64,000 nt of DNA. Origin: Promethearchaeota archaeon (GTDB taxonomy: Archaea > Asgardarchaeota > Lokiarchaeia > Sigyniarchaeales > SOKP01). Each line of letters starts with the position of its first letter. Position 1 is the first letter of the stretch. The stretch is taken from the NCBI GenBank assembly GCA_014730165.1, contig WJIS01000022.1, forward strand, positions 14,396-78,395, given 5' to 3'. The translations under genes were made by a program, and so were the position numbers. Positions 27,791 to 36,663 of this stretch are shown piece after piece. The notes under the pieces were generated by a model. It worked only from the letters and a program-made list of their open reading frames with translations, ran no database searches and was not told the origin of the DNA.

Positions 27791-29146
27791 ATGATAGAAA
27801 TGAAGAATAAATTTTTGAATATCTCACTTTCCTATTTTCATCGAAAAATAGGACCTATGATCTTCTATTCTTATCCAGAGGATATGCTAGACGATAAATT
27901 ATCTTCGAGAATAGCAAATATTATGGATCAGCAGTTTAACGAAGGTTTTTTTACTCACACTTTTGAAGATATCATAACAATGAATTATTATTTTGAAGTT
28001 CAATCCGATTGGGCACGTGGTAACAACGATATGCTAATGATATCAATTATTTTCAATGAGCAAACAGATACGAAAATTGAAGAGGAAATTCAAAATTTGT
28101 GTATTGAGTTTTCTGAAAAACTTAAATCTAATGAAGAAATATATACAGCATTCTATATCAGCGATATTAGTCATTTTAATAATGAAGAACAAGAAAGCAT
28201 AATTAAGAATAATGAGAGGGTTAAGCTTTGGGTCAGAGAATTATACTGGGCTGCAATAGATGCTACAAGGGAAAAAACAGAAGAAGAAAGATTAGCAAAT
28301 CTCCTAAACAAGAAATATATTTTTCTTACTTTAAGGAAATTATCAAAAGGTCCATTACCATTAGAATGGTTGAGTGAATGGTTTTTTGAGAATTTCCCAG
28401 ACAAAGATTTCACAAGTATTATAGAAACGCTAGTTGAACGCCAACTTATATTTATTAATCAAATAGGGATTGTTGAAAAATATGTTCTATTATTAAAAGA
28501 AGTGAATGCTGAGAGAATACCACCTGATAGTGTAATTGAATATATTGATGAAACTCCCGAACTAATAGATTTAATTCTTCCTAAAGTACAAAAATATTTT
28601 AGTAAATATGAAACTAAAACTGATGAAGAATTAGAAGAGGATTCCTTTCTTTTATTCCAGATTATAGCAGATCCTAAAAAATATAATGTTCTTTCTGAAT
28701 TGCGAAATGGCTTGATTCCGAGAGATAAACTTCCAAAGTTGATTTCAAAAAGAAATTTAGATGCTTTAAGTAGAGTCTTAGAATTTCTCAAGAAGTATGA
28801 CATAATTGAAGAATTGAAATTTAAAAATGAACGATATGTAGTTTTAAAAACTAATCTACAGATAACAACCGCTTTCCCAGAATATCTTAGAAAATTATTA
28901 CCAGAGGAATCAAAACCAGTTATAGCAGACAAGTCTACCGCTGTAGAAGAGGAAAAGGAGAAGCAAGAAGAGATTGCAGAAATCTTATATGATTTGAGAA
29001 AAAAAGGATTAAAAAAATCTAAAGAAGAAAAAATATATAATTTTTTAGAAAATACATCTTCGAAATCAAATAATGATTCTCAAGAAGAAAAGAATAATTC
29101 CTTCAACGAAACTAATGTAGATGATTTTAATAAAGAAATTGACTAA
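27791..29146 (+). CDS. Hypothetical protein: N-terminal NPRL2-like longin domain, two winged-helix-like modules, acidic/Lys-rich tail
   Basis: 451 aa. SLSYFHRKIGPMIFYSYPEDML resembles the remembered NPRL2 N-terminus (F-H-x3-GP-x-I-x-Y-x2-PED). NDMLMISIIFN resembles the NPRL2 ALLFNLGF strand. WH-like segments are LTLRKLSKGPLPLEWL...LVERQLIFINQIGIVEKYVLL and YNVLSELRNGLIPRDKL...LKKYDIIEELKFKNERYVVL. Confidence 0.4.
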   Translation: MIEMKNKFLNISLSYFHRKIGPMIFYSYPEDMLDDKLSSRIANIMDQQFNEGFFTHTFEDIITMNYYFEVQSDWARGNNDMLMISIIFNEQTDTKIEEEIQNLCIEFSEKLKSNEEIYTAFYISDISHFNNEEQESIIKNNERVKLWVRELYWAAIDATREKTEEERLANLLNKKYIFLTLRKLSKGPLPLEWLSEWFFENFPDKDFTSIIETLVERQLIFINQIGIVEKYVLLLKEVNAERIPPDSVIEYIDETPELIDLILPKVQKYFSKYETKTDEELEEDSFLLFQIIADPKKYNVLSELRNGLIPRDKLPKLISKRNLDALSRVLEFLKKYDIIEELKFKNERYVVLKTNLQITTAFPEYLRKLLPEESKPVIADKSTAVEEEKEKQEEIAEILYDLRKKGLKKSKEEKIYNFLENTSSKSNNDSQEEKNNSFNETNVDDFNKEID

Positions 29147-29221
29147 AATTGATGTAAAATATAACTGATTAACTAGTATATTATTTAGATTGAATTTATA
29201 ATAGCTCTAAAATGAAGACAT

Positions 29222-29482
29222 ATGGACAATGAAGAAGAGACTCATGATGATCTAAAGTATTTATTAGGAAATATGGGTGTAGAAATCTTCTACGCTATTG
29301 TAAATGGAGCAAGAAATTTTGAAACGATTAAATTATTTTCGGGAATTCCAATAGCTTGTATAAGAGGGAGAGTACCGGTACTTCTAAATCTAAAATTAAT
29401 CGAGGAGCAGAATGAAGAGTATTCTATAACAAAGAAAGGAAGAAGATTCAAACAACATCTAGACAATAAGAACCGGTATTAG
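29222..29482 (+). CDS. Small winged helix-turn-helix protein (putative transcription regulator)
   Basis: 86 aa. GVEIFYAIVNGARNFETIKLFSGIPIACIRGRVPVLLNLKLIEEQNEEYSITKKGRRF fits an HTH plus beta-wing pattern. Confidence 0.4.
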   Translation: MDNEEETHDDLKYLLGNMGVEIFYAIVNGARNFETIKLFSGIPIACIRGRVPVLLNLKLIEEQNEEYSITKKGRRFKQHLDNKNRY

Positions 29483-29532
29483 ATTATTTCAAAATCAAGA
29501 GAAATATATTTAGTTACGAGCTAAATTAATTC

Positions 29533-29606
29533 AAATTCAGATTGGGGTAGCGTTACTCTCATTGATCCGAGCAAGATCTCGAGTTGTCACGATATCATCA
29601 TTATTT
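29533..29606 (-). ncRNA. Candidate C/D-box sRNA immediately 3' of the 29611..30105 gene
   Basis: Minus strand: canonical C box AUGAUGA (29601..29595) and D box CUGA (29540..29537), 54 nt apart. A 4-bp terminal stem AAAU/AUUU flanks them. A D'-like UCGA lies 12 nt after the C box. The C' (AUGAGAG) is weak. The segment is visibly GC-richer than its surroundings. Confidence 0.25.
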
Positions 29607-29610
29607 AAAA

Positions 29611-30105
29611 TTAATTTTCATTACTTTTAAGACTTTGATCTTTTTTAATATTTTTGTTGTAATATTTTCTTAGATAATAACCAGGTTTTTTGAATCCACC
29701 ACTTTTCTCAATCAGATTACTAAGACCATTTTCTTGTTCTATTATCTTTCGATATTGGATAAATTCTTTACTACTAATCTCTTCTCTTTTCAATAAATAA
29801 TCCAATATCTCAATTGCTTGATTACTATTAGAACAACGTCTGATAAAGTCTATTGCTTTAGGATTTCTCAGATTATCTAAGCAAACTTCTTCTTGCCCTT
29901 TTTCTTCTTTATTGAGAGATTCTTGTTGCTCAACTTCATAATCTACTGAATCAATACTTATCGATTTCTTCCTAGATGTTATTTCTTCCATTAAATGAGG
30001 CAAAAACTCATCTAATTCGTTTTTATCATAATTTACATTTAATCCATTATCTCTCTCAACTTGAGCTTTTTTAAAGGATTTTTCATTTTGATTTTCTTTT
30101 TTCAT
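29611..30105 (-). CDS. Conserved archaeal hypothetical protein (possibly DUF2095-like)
   Basis: 164 aa. The C-terminal half LRNPKAIDFIRRCSNSNQAIEILDYLLKREEISSKEFIQYRK...GGFKKPGYYLRKY resembles a small archaeal family as I remember it. The assignment is uncertain. Confidence 0.3.
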   Translation of the reverse strand: MKKENQNEKSFKKAQVERDNGLNVNYDKNELDEFLPHLMEEITSRKKSISIDSVDYEVEQQESLNKEEKGQEEVCLDNLRNPKAIDFIRRCSNSNQAIEILDYLLKREEISSKEFIQYRKIIEQENGLSNLIEKSGGFKKPGYYLRKYYNKNIKKDQSLKSNEN

Positions 30106-30208
30106 TGAAGATCCAACCGAGAAATGTAAATTAAAAAACTCTTTTAAGAATTTGTTATTATATAGTTTAGTTAATTAAATATAATAAAACTAAGCTTAAT
30201 AGGATATA

Positions 30209-31135
30209 ATGAAAATATTAATTTCAGATAAGATTCATCAAGATGGCATTAAAATAATGGAAAGAGAAGGATTTAAGGTAGTTCAGAAATATTCTTTAAC
30301 TCCAGATCAATTAAAAGATGAAATCCATCAATATGATGGAATAATTGTCCGTTCTGGTACCAAATTGAATTCAAGTGTCCTAGAAAATGCTCCTAATCTA
30401 AAAGTAATAGGAAGAGCTGGAGTCGGACTGGATAATATTGATTTACAAAAAGCAGAAGAATTAGAAATAAAGGTTTTTAATACACCTGAAGCTCCTTCCG
30501 TCTCAGTAGCGGAATTGACTATTGGTTTATTATTGAATCTAGTGAGACATATATCCAAAGCAGACAGAACAATGCATTGCGGAGAATGGTGTAAAGGTGA
30601 TTTCATGGGTACTACCTTAAAAGGAAAAAAAATTGGATTAATCGGTTTTGGAAATATCGGAAAGGAAGTAGCAAAAAAAGTAGCAGCATTCGAAATGAAA
30701 ATAGGTGTCTATGATGTAGATGAGAAGGCGAAGGAGATCGCAAAAACATTAGGTTATACAATATTCTCCTCTGTTGATGAACTTATTCAGAATTCTCAAA
30801 TTATCTCTCTTCATATTCCTGCCACAGTTAAAACCGAAAATACTCTTAATAAGAGGAGATTTGAATTAATGAAGGAAAATACATATATTATTAATACTGC
30901 TAGAGGGGATTTAGTCGATGAGAAAGCTTTAATGGAAGCATTACAACATGGAAAGATTGCTGGTGCCGCCTTAGATGTTTATAAAACAGAACCATTAGAA
31001 AACATGGATTTATGTAATTGTGAGAGGAATTTAATCCTTACACCTCATATTGGGAGTCAAACAATAGAGACACAAGTAAATGCCGCTGTTAAAGTAGTAG
31101 AAAAAATTGCAGAATATCTTTTAACACGGGAATAA
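30209..31135 (+). CDS. D-isomer-specific 2-hydroxyacid dehydrogenase (D-3-phosphoglycerate dehydrogenase-like, no ACT domain)
   Basis: 308 aa. Motifs GLIGFGNIGKEVAKK (NAD fold), NTARGDLVDEKAL, LDVYKTEP, TPHIGSQT. Confidence 0.8.
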   Translation: MKILISDKIHQDGIKIMEREGFKVVQKYSLTPDQLKDEIHQYDGIIVRSGTKLNSSVLENAPNLKVIGRAGVGLDNIDLQKAEELEIKVFNTPEAPSVSVAELTIGLLLNLVRHISKADRTMHCGEWCKGDFMGTTLKGKKIGLIGFGNIGKEVAKKVAAFEMKIGVYDVDEKAKEIAKTLGYTIFSSVDELIQNSQIISLHIPATVKTENTLNKRRFELMKENTYIINTARGDLVDEKALMEALQHGKIAGAALDVYKTEPLENMDLCNCERNLILTPHIGSQTIETQVNAAVKVVEKIAEYLLTRE

Positions 31136-31208
31136 TTTTAGTTTCAATAAAATTATAAAACCATGATGTATTTTAAAAAATATAATATAATTAATAATGT
31201 GTTCTAAA

Positions 31209-31793
31209 ATGAAATCAGGATATAAATACGTAAAAGAAACATTTGAAAAACATGAGAAAGCATATCAAACTCCCGATTGGTATCGTGGTATTGAATACAG
31301 AAAAGGAAAATCAGTACAAAGAATTGAGAGACCGACTAAATTACACAGAGCTAGGTCTTTAGGTTATAAGGCAAAACAAGGCTATATTGTTGCCAGGTCT
31401 AGAATTAGGAGAGGTGGTATGCATAAGGTTAGACCAAAAAGAGGACGAAAGAATCGAGCGATGGGTGTTTCAAAGTATACTACAGGTAAGAATTTACAAT
31501 GGATTGCTGAAGAGAGAGCACAAAGAAAGTTCCCTAACTTAGAAGTATTAAATAGTTATCATGTCTATAGTGATGGTAAAAATCATTATTATGAGATAAT
31601 TATGGTTGATCCTAACCATTCTGTTATACAGAATGATCCAAAAATAAATTGGATCTGCAAGAATTCCCAAAGAAGAAGAGTAAATAGAGGTAAAACTTCA
31701 GCTGGTAAGAAATCACGTGGATTAAGGAAGAAAGGTTGGGGTTCAGAGAAAACTCGCCCAAGTATTCGAGCAAATAAAGGGCGAGGCAAATAA
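31209..31793 (+). CDS. rpl15e: Ribosomal protein eL15
   Basis: MKSGYKYVKETFEK...RPTKLHRARSLGYKAKQGYIVARSRIRRGG is the typical eL15 pattern. The track starts 4 codons earlier (31197); ATG 31209 matches the family N-terminus. Confidence 0.9.
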   Translation: MKSGYKYVKETFEKHEKAYQTPDWYRGIEYRKGKSVQRIERPTKLHRARSLGYKAKQGYIVARSRIRRGGMHKVRPKRGRKNRAMGVSKYTTGKNLQWIAEERAQRKFPNLEVLNSYHVYSDGKNHYYEIIMVDPNHSVIQNDPKINWICKNSQRRRVNRGKTSAGKKSRGLRKKGWGSEKTRPSIRANKGRGK

Positions 31794-31957
31794 CCTCTAT
31801 ACTTATTATTGATATTTATTAATTTTTTCTGTAATTTCTGGATTTAGAAATAGTGTGGTAATTAATTTATATTAAGTAGAATAATTATTTTTTAAATAAT
31901 TACCATAGAATTTAATTTTAATTTAAAGCTTAAATCAAATTAGAAAATAAGATAAAT

Positions 31958-33412
31958 ATGAAAGACATTGAACCAAAGGTTTTAAGTAAAGAAGAATTAA
32001 GAAGAATTTCTCAAGGAATTAATGGGGAGGAGATTTTAGAGTTTCAAAAGCATTCATTGAATAACTTTGTAGAACCGCTGACCCCAATTGAGGCAAAAGA
32101 ACCCGGTTCACCATGGGTTAAAGTACAAGATGAAGAAGGAAACATGAAAGACATTTTGGATTGTACTTCAATGAATTGGGCTCTTGCCTTAGGATTCGCT
32201 CATCCCGATGTGAATTATGCTGCAATGGAACAGATGAAACGTTTAACCCACGTGAGATATAATTGTTTGACTCCGGCTAGAGCAAAATTAGCCAATAAAT
32301 TAGCAGAGATTGCACCGGGCAAATTAAAAGGAGGAAAAGTTGCATTCAATAACGAAGGAGGAGGGTTGGCAAATGAAGCAGCAATGAAGCTCGCAATGAT
32401 AGCTTCCAGGGGATCGGATCATTTCGGTACTTTCTGGCATGGATATCATGGTTCGAGTTTAGTAACTGCAACTTTGTCTCAGCCAATTCATGCAGTTACT
32501 CGCTTTGATTCATTTGCTGCTGGTCATTTTACTCGTATGCCTCAACCCTACTGTTATCGATGTATGTGGAATTATAAAAATGGTTCGGATGGAAAGAAGG
32601 ATCCAGAATGCAATTTAGAATGCTTCACGGTAGTGGAAAAATATATCAAAGGAATGGCACCAAGACAAATGGCGGGTGTAATTCTAGAGCCTATACAGGG
32701 AGCAGGCGGTCATATACCCTTTCCACCCGAGTTTCTCAAAGAATTGAAACAGATTTGTAAGGAGGAGAAAATATTTCTAATTTACGATGAGTGTCAAACG
32801 TGTATGTGGAGAACGGGGAAATATTTTACTGTTACAGAAAGATATAAAGAAGAACTCGGATTAGATGTCTCACCAGATATGATGACGTTTACAAAAGCAA
32901 TTGGAGGAGGACTGCCGCTAGGAGTTTTGATAGCGAGTCCAAAAGTGAGGAAGACATTCACACCCACAGAGGAGCATACAACATTTAGTTCTGATCCAGT
33001 TGCCTTAGCAACGGGTTTAGCCGCTATTAAAGTAATTGAAAAAGAAAAAATCGGGGAAAATTGCGAAAAAAGGGGTAAATTCATCACAAAAAGATTAAAG
33101 GAGATGCAAGAGGACTATGAAGTTATGGGTGATATTCGAGGCCCTGGATTATTTATCGGAATAGAGATGGTAAAAGATAGAGAGACAAGAGAACCTTTTA
33201 CCGAACTTGTCGAGGAGATGATACAGCTTGCTCCAGATTATAATTTGTATTTAGGAGAGAGTATGCCTATACTTTCTGCTAAAGGTGAGCTACTGATGAG
33301 AAATCTTGTCAAAATTAAACCTCCTTTAGTGATAACTGAAGAGGATGCGGAATTCATCGTGGAAAATTTTGAAAAAGTTCTAAAAAAAGCTCTTAATAAG
33401 GTCAAAGAGTAA
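31958..33412 (+). CDS. Class-III (PLP-dependent) aminotransferase
   Basis: 484 aa. Motifs FNNEGGGLANEAAMKLA, YDECQTCMWRTGKYF and TFTKAIGGGLPLG (PLP lysine). Confidence 0.8.
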   Translation: MKDIEPKVLSKEELRRISQGINGEEILEFQKHSLNNFVEPLTPIEAKEPGSPWVKVQDEEGNMKDILDCTSMNWALALGFAHPDVNYAAMEQMKRLTHVRYNCLTPARAKLANKLAEIAPGKLKGGKVAFNNEGGGLANEAAMKLAMIASRGSDHFGTFWHGYHGSSLVTATLSQPIHAVTRFDSFAAGHFTRMPQPYCYRCMWNYKNGSDGKKDPECNLECFTVVEKYIKGMAPRQMAGVILEPIQGAGGHIPFPPEFLKELKQICKEEKIFLIYDECQTCMWRTGKYFTVTERYKEELGLDVSPDMMTFTKAIGGGLPLGVLIASPKVRKTFTPTEEHTTFSSDPVALATGLAAIKVIEKEKIGENCEKRGKFITKRLKEMQEDYEVMGDIRGPGLFIGIEMVKDRETREPFTELVEEMIQLAPDYNLYLGESMPILSAKGELLMRNLVKIKPPLVITEEDAEFIVENFEKVLKKALNKVKE

Positions 33413-33444
33413 ATAGTTAAAAAATAATATATTTATTTCTTTTT

Positions 33445-34278
33445 TTATAATTTATTAATTGATAAGGTCATACCCCCATCTATTACGATATTCTGACCTG
33501 TTATATAATCTGCTGTAGACGATGCTAAGAATACAGCGAGATCTGCGACCCATTGAGCCTCACCGATTTTATCGATAGGTATTTTCACATTTCTTGAGTC
33601 TAAAAACTGACGAATCAATTTTGGATCGCTATTGTAAATAGGTGTAAGAAATACTCCTGGAGCAATCGAATTTACCGTAATATCACTTGAGCCTAGTTCA
33701 AGAGCCCAGACTCTGGTTTGAGCAATTACCGCAGCCTTACTTATACTATACACCCCCAACATTGGATTATGACCACTAGATGTTCCAGCAGTTGAAGCAA
33801 TATTAATAATTTTTCCGCGTACTGGTTTAAATTGCTTTTGCCTTTTCATCTTCCTAAAAAATGTTTTTGTAATATTCCAAGGACCTTTAACATTCACACC
33901 CATAACCTTATCGTACATTTCTTCCTTAGCTTTGAGAGATGTAGATAAACCCCCATCAATTCCCGCATTGTTAACAATTAAAAATACATTGTCAAATACT
34001 TCAAATACTTTATCTGCCATTTCCTCTACTTCAGCGAGCTTAGAAACATCTGCTTTTGCAAGTAGAATCTCCACTTCGTTATCTTTTAATACAAGGTTTT
34101 TAGTTTCTTTTATCCCTTCCAGATTTACATCATTAAGTACCAGATCAGCTCCTTTTTCTGCAAATGAGAGTGCCATTTTTCTGCCAAATCCGCTTCCTGA
34201 ACCAGTTATTAAAGCTACTTTTCCTTCTAAAAATTTTTCATTATTCATAGTAAATTTATATTTTTCTGTTAATTTCAA
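33445..34278 (-). CDS. Short-chain dehydrogenase/reductase (SDR)
   Basis: 277 aa. Motifs ALITGSGSGFGRKMA (TGxxxGxG), NNAG, YSISKAAV (YxxxK). Confidence 0.85.
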   Translation of the reverse strand: MKLTEKYKFTMNNEKFLEGKVALITGSGSGFGRKMALSFAEKGADLVLNDVNLEGIKETKNLVLKDNEVEILLAKADVSKLAEVEEMADKVFEVFDNVFLIVNNAGIDGGLSTSLKAKEEMYDKVMGVNVKGPWNITKTFFRKMKRQKQFKPVRGKIINIASTAGTSSGHNPMLGVYSISKAAVIAQTRVWALELGSSDITVNSIAPGVFLTPIYNSDPKLIRQFLDSRNVKIPIDKIGEAQWVADLAVFLASSTADYITGQNIVIDGGMTLSINKL

Positions 34279-34343
34279 ATAAATATTTAATTGAATTCAT
34301 AGATAAATTATTATTTTAAAATAAAAAAATAAGTTGGACTAAT

Positions 34344-36086
34344 CTAAGGATTCTTAAATAAACCCTTACTCTTTTTATAGAGACCAACTATTTTCATAGC
34401 AGGAGGAGTTTCAAAATCGATGTTAACATCGATAACTGCAGGTTTTCCCGACTCTTTTGCTCTTTGTAATGCAGCATTTAATTCATTTGGGTCCTCTATT
34501 TTCTCAGCATAGCAACCAAATCCTTTCGCTATTTCAGCGTAATTGGTTGAAGGAAAATCGACGTCACAGTATCGTTTCTTTAGATTGTTTTTTTGATTTG
34601 ATTTAATCATACCCCAGCAACTGTTATTCGCTATAACAATTATTAATGGTAGATTTAGCCGCACAGCAGTCTCTAATTCTTGAACATTAAACATAAAGCT
34701 CCCATCTCCAGTTAAACACATAGTTAATTTATCTGGATTAGCCATTTGGGCACCGATAGCGTGAGGAATACCCGTTCCTAAATGACCCATTGATATAGGA
34801 TAGTAAGTACATCTAGGTTGTCTAGTTTTGGAACTGAGCAATCCGAAAGTAAATACAGCGATATCTCCTCCATCCAATACGAATTGAGTATCAGGTTCAA
34901 TAAAATCTAGGACTTCCCATGCAAGTCTCTGAGGTTTCATGGGTAATTTCTCTGATTTTAAGATTTTATCGATATTTTGTTGATCTGTTGCTTTTAATTC
35001 TCTTAAATGTGTATTCCAATCCTCCCATTCACTTATTTTTTCTTTTGGAAGTTTACTTTCCATTTCATTGAGTAATTGATTTATAACTGCTTCAGCATCT
35101 CCAATAATGGGAACCTCTGTTGGTCTGTTTTTCCCTATTACTGTAGGATCTATATCAACATGAATTAGTTTCTGATCTTGATTCCAAATTGGGGGTGCTC
35201 CATAGAGAAGAGTATAATCCCATTTTGCACCGACAGAAATTACTACATCTGATTGTGATGCGGCGGTTCTAAATGCATTAGCTGTTAAATATGACCCGAT
35301 ATAGGTATCTTTATCATTTGAAATAGCACCAATACCATTTATTGAAGTCCCAGCTGGAATTCTATATTGTTGAGATAATTTAATAATACTTTCGGAAGCA
35401 CCCGATGCAATCGTTCCGCCTCCAGCGATGAGCAGCGGTTTTTCAGCTTTTTTTAAAACTTCTATCGCTTTTTCAATTGCTTCTGGATTTCCAGAAGGTC
35501 TATAAAGCGGTCGATATTTCTCCGGAGGGATTATGTCCTTGAAATAACTCTCTTTTGCTTCTCTAACTAATGCTGTTTCTCTTAATTCTAAGAAGACCGG
35601 ACCTCTTCTCCCAGACATAGCGGTTTTGATTGCTCTCTGTACTGCTCTAGGAATTTCATAGGGTTCTTCTACTGATATTTGAGCTTTAGTAATTGGTTCC
35701 ATTAATTTCATTTGATCTAATCCGCCTTGAAGAATCCCCGTATCATCAAATTGCCGTGCGATTTGTGCTCCAATTACTAGTAGTGGAATAGAATCTGCCC
35801 ACGCGGCGGCAACTGCGGGAACTAGATGAGTGACTCCCGGTCCAGCAGTACCTAAGCATACACCTAGCTTTCCAGTAGCTCGTGCCCACGCATCAGCAGC
35901 ATGACCTCCTGCTTGTTCATGTCTCATCATCACTGTATCAATCCCTTCTTCACGACCCCATCGCTCAATTGCATCAAATATCCGAAGTAATTCTCCACCA
36001 ACTATTCCATAAATTGTTGAAACCTTATCATTTAATAGGCATTTTACAAATAGATCTCCGCCATCTTTTTTTTGTTTTTGTGACAT
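34344..36086 (-). CDS. Thiamine-diphosphate enzyme of the acetolactate synthase / sulfoacetaldehyde acetyltransferase superfamily
   Basis: Motifs GTAGPGVTHLV and the ThDP motif GDGSFMFNVQELETAVRLNLPLIIVIANN. The likely start is ATG 36086 (MSQKQKK...), not the track start at 36167, whose first 27 codons are AT-rich junk. Confidence 0.8.
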   Translation of the reverse strand: MSQKQKKDGGDLFVKCLLNDKVSTIYGIVGGELLRIFDAIERWGREEGIDTVMMRHEQAGGHAADAWARATGKLGVCLGTAGPGVTHLVPAVAAAWADSIPLLVIGAQIARQFDDTGILQGGLDQMKLMEPITKAQISVEEPYEIPRAVQRAIKTAMSGRRGPVFLELRETALVREAKESYFKDIIPPEKYRPLYRPSGNPEAIEKAIEVLKKAEKPLLIAGGGTIASGASESIIKLSQQYRIPAGTSINGIGAISNDKDTYIGSYLTANAFRTAASQSDVVISVGAKWDYTLLYGAPPIWNQDQKLIHVDIDPTVIGKNRPTEVPIIGDAEAVINQLLNEMESKLPKEKISEWEDWNTHLRELKATDQQNIDKILKSEKLPMKPQRLAWEVLDFIEPDTQFVLDGGDIAVFTFGLLSSKTRQPRCTYYPISMGHLGTGIPHAIGAQMANPDKLTMCLTGDGSFMFNVQELETAVRLNLPLIIVIANNSCWGMIKSNQKNNLKKRYCDVDFPSTNYAEIAKGFGCYAEKIEDPNELNAALQRAKESGKPAVIDVNIDFETPPAMKIVGLYKKSKGLFKNP

Positions 36087-36199
36087 ACTGAGAATTATTT
36101 TGTTTATAAAATAAATCTTATTAAAACTAATTCTAAAGAACAAATTCTGTATAAAAATAAATTTCAAAAAATGTAATAATTAAGATTAGAGATAGTATT

Positions 36200-36655
36200 T
36201 TAAAATTCAATTAGTTCGATATAATAGCCAAGTAATGATTTCGTATCTAAATAAGTAAAATTTACTTTCCCAGCAACGCCCGTTTGAATTATTCTTACCC
36301 CAAAATTATCCTCGAACTTTTTTATATAAGGAGCTGCTTCCTTAACATAAATTCCTAAATGGTGTAATCCTGTATTTCCTTCCTTTATAAACTCAGAGTA
36401 TAAATTAGGTCCGCTAGCCTTTACCATTTCTACTATCTCGAATTGTTTTCCAGCAAAGAACTGCATAATCTTTTTCATTGTAAATGTGACTTCTTCTCCA
36501 TTATAAACAACGTTGGCATCTTGTTCAACTATGTTTATTTTGCCTTTAAATGAAAACAGCATACGATAAAGTTCTGCCGACTTTTCTATATTATTAACAA
36601 CTATTCCAATTTGGTCAAATTTGTCAAGTTTAATTTCGCTATTCATTAAGCCCAC
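36200..36655 (-). CDS. VOC/glyoxalase-family protein (methylmalonyl-CoA epimerase-like)
   Basis: 151 aa. Motifs DQIGIVVNNIEKSAELY and GLHHLGIYV. The paired beta-alpha-beta-beta-beta pattern is present. Confidence 0.7.
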   Translation of the reverse strand: MGLMNSEIKLDKFDQIGIVVNNIEKSAELYRMLFSFKGKINIVEQDANVVYNGEEVTFTMKKIMQFFAGKQFEIVEMVKASGPNLYSEFIKEGNTGLHHLGIYVKEAAPYIKKFEDNFGVRIIQTGVAGKVNFTYLDTKSLLGYYIELIEF

Positions 36656-36663
36656 TTTTCTTT

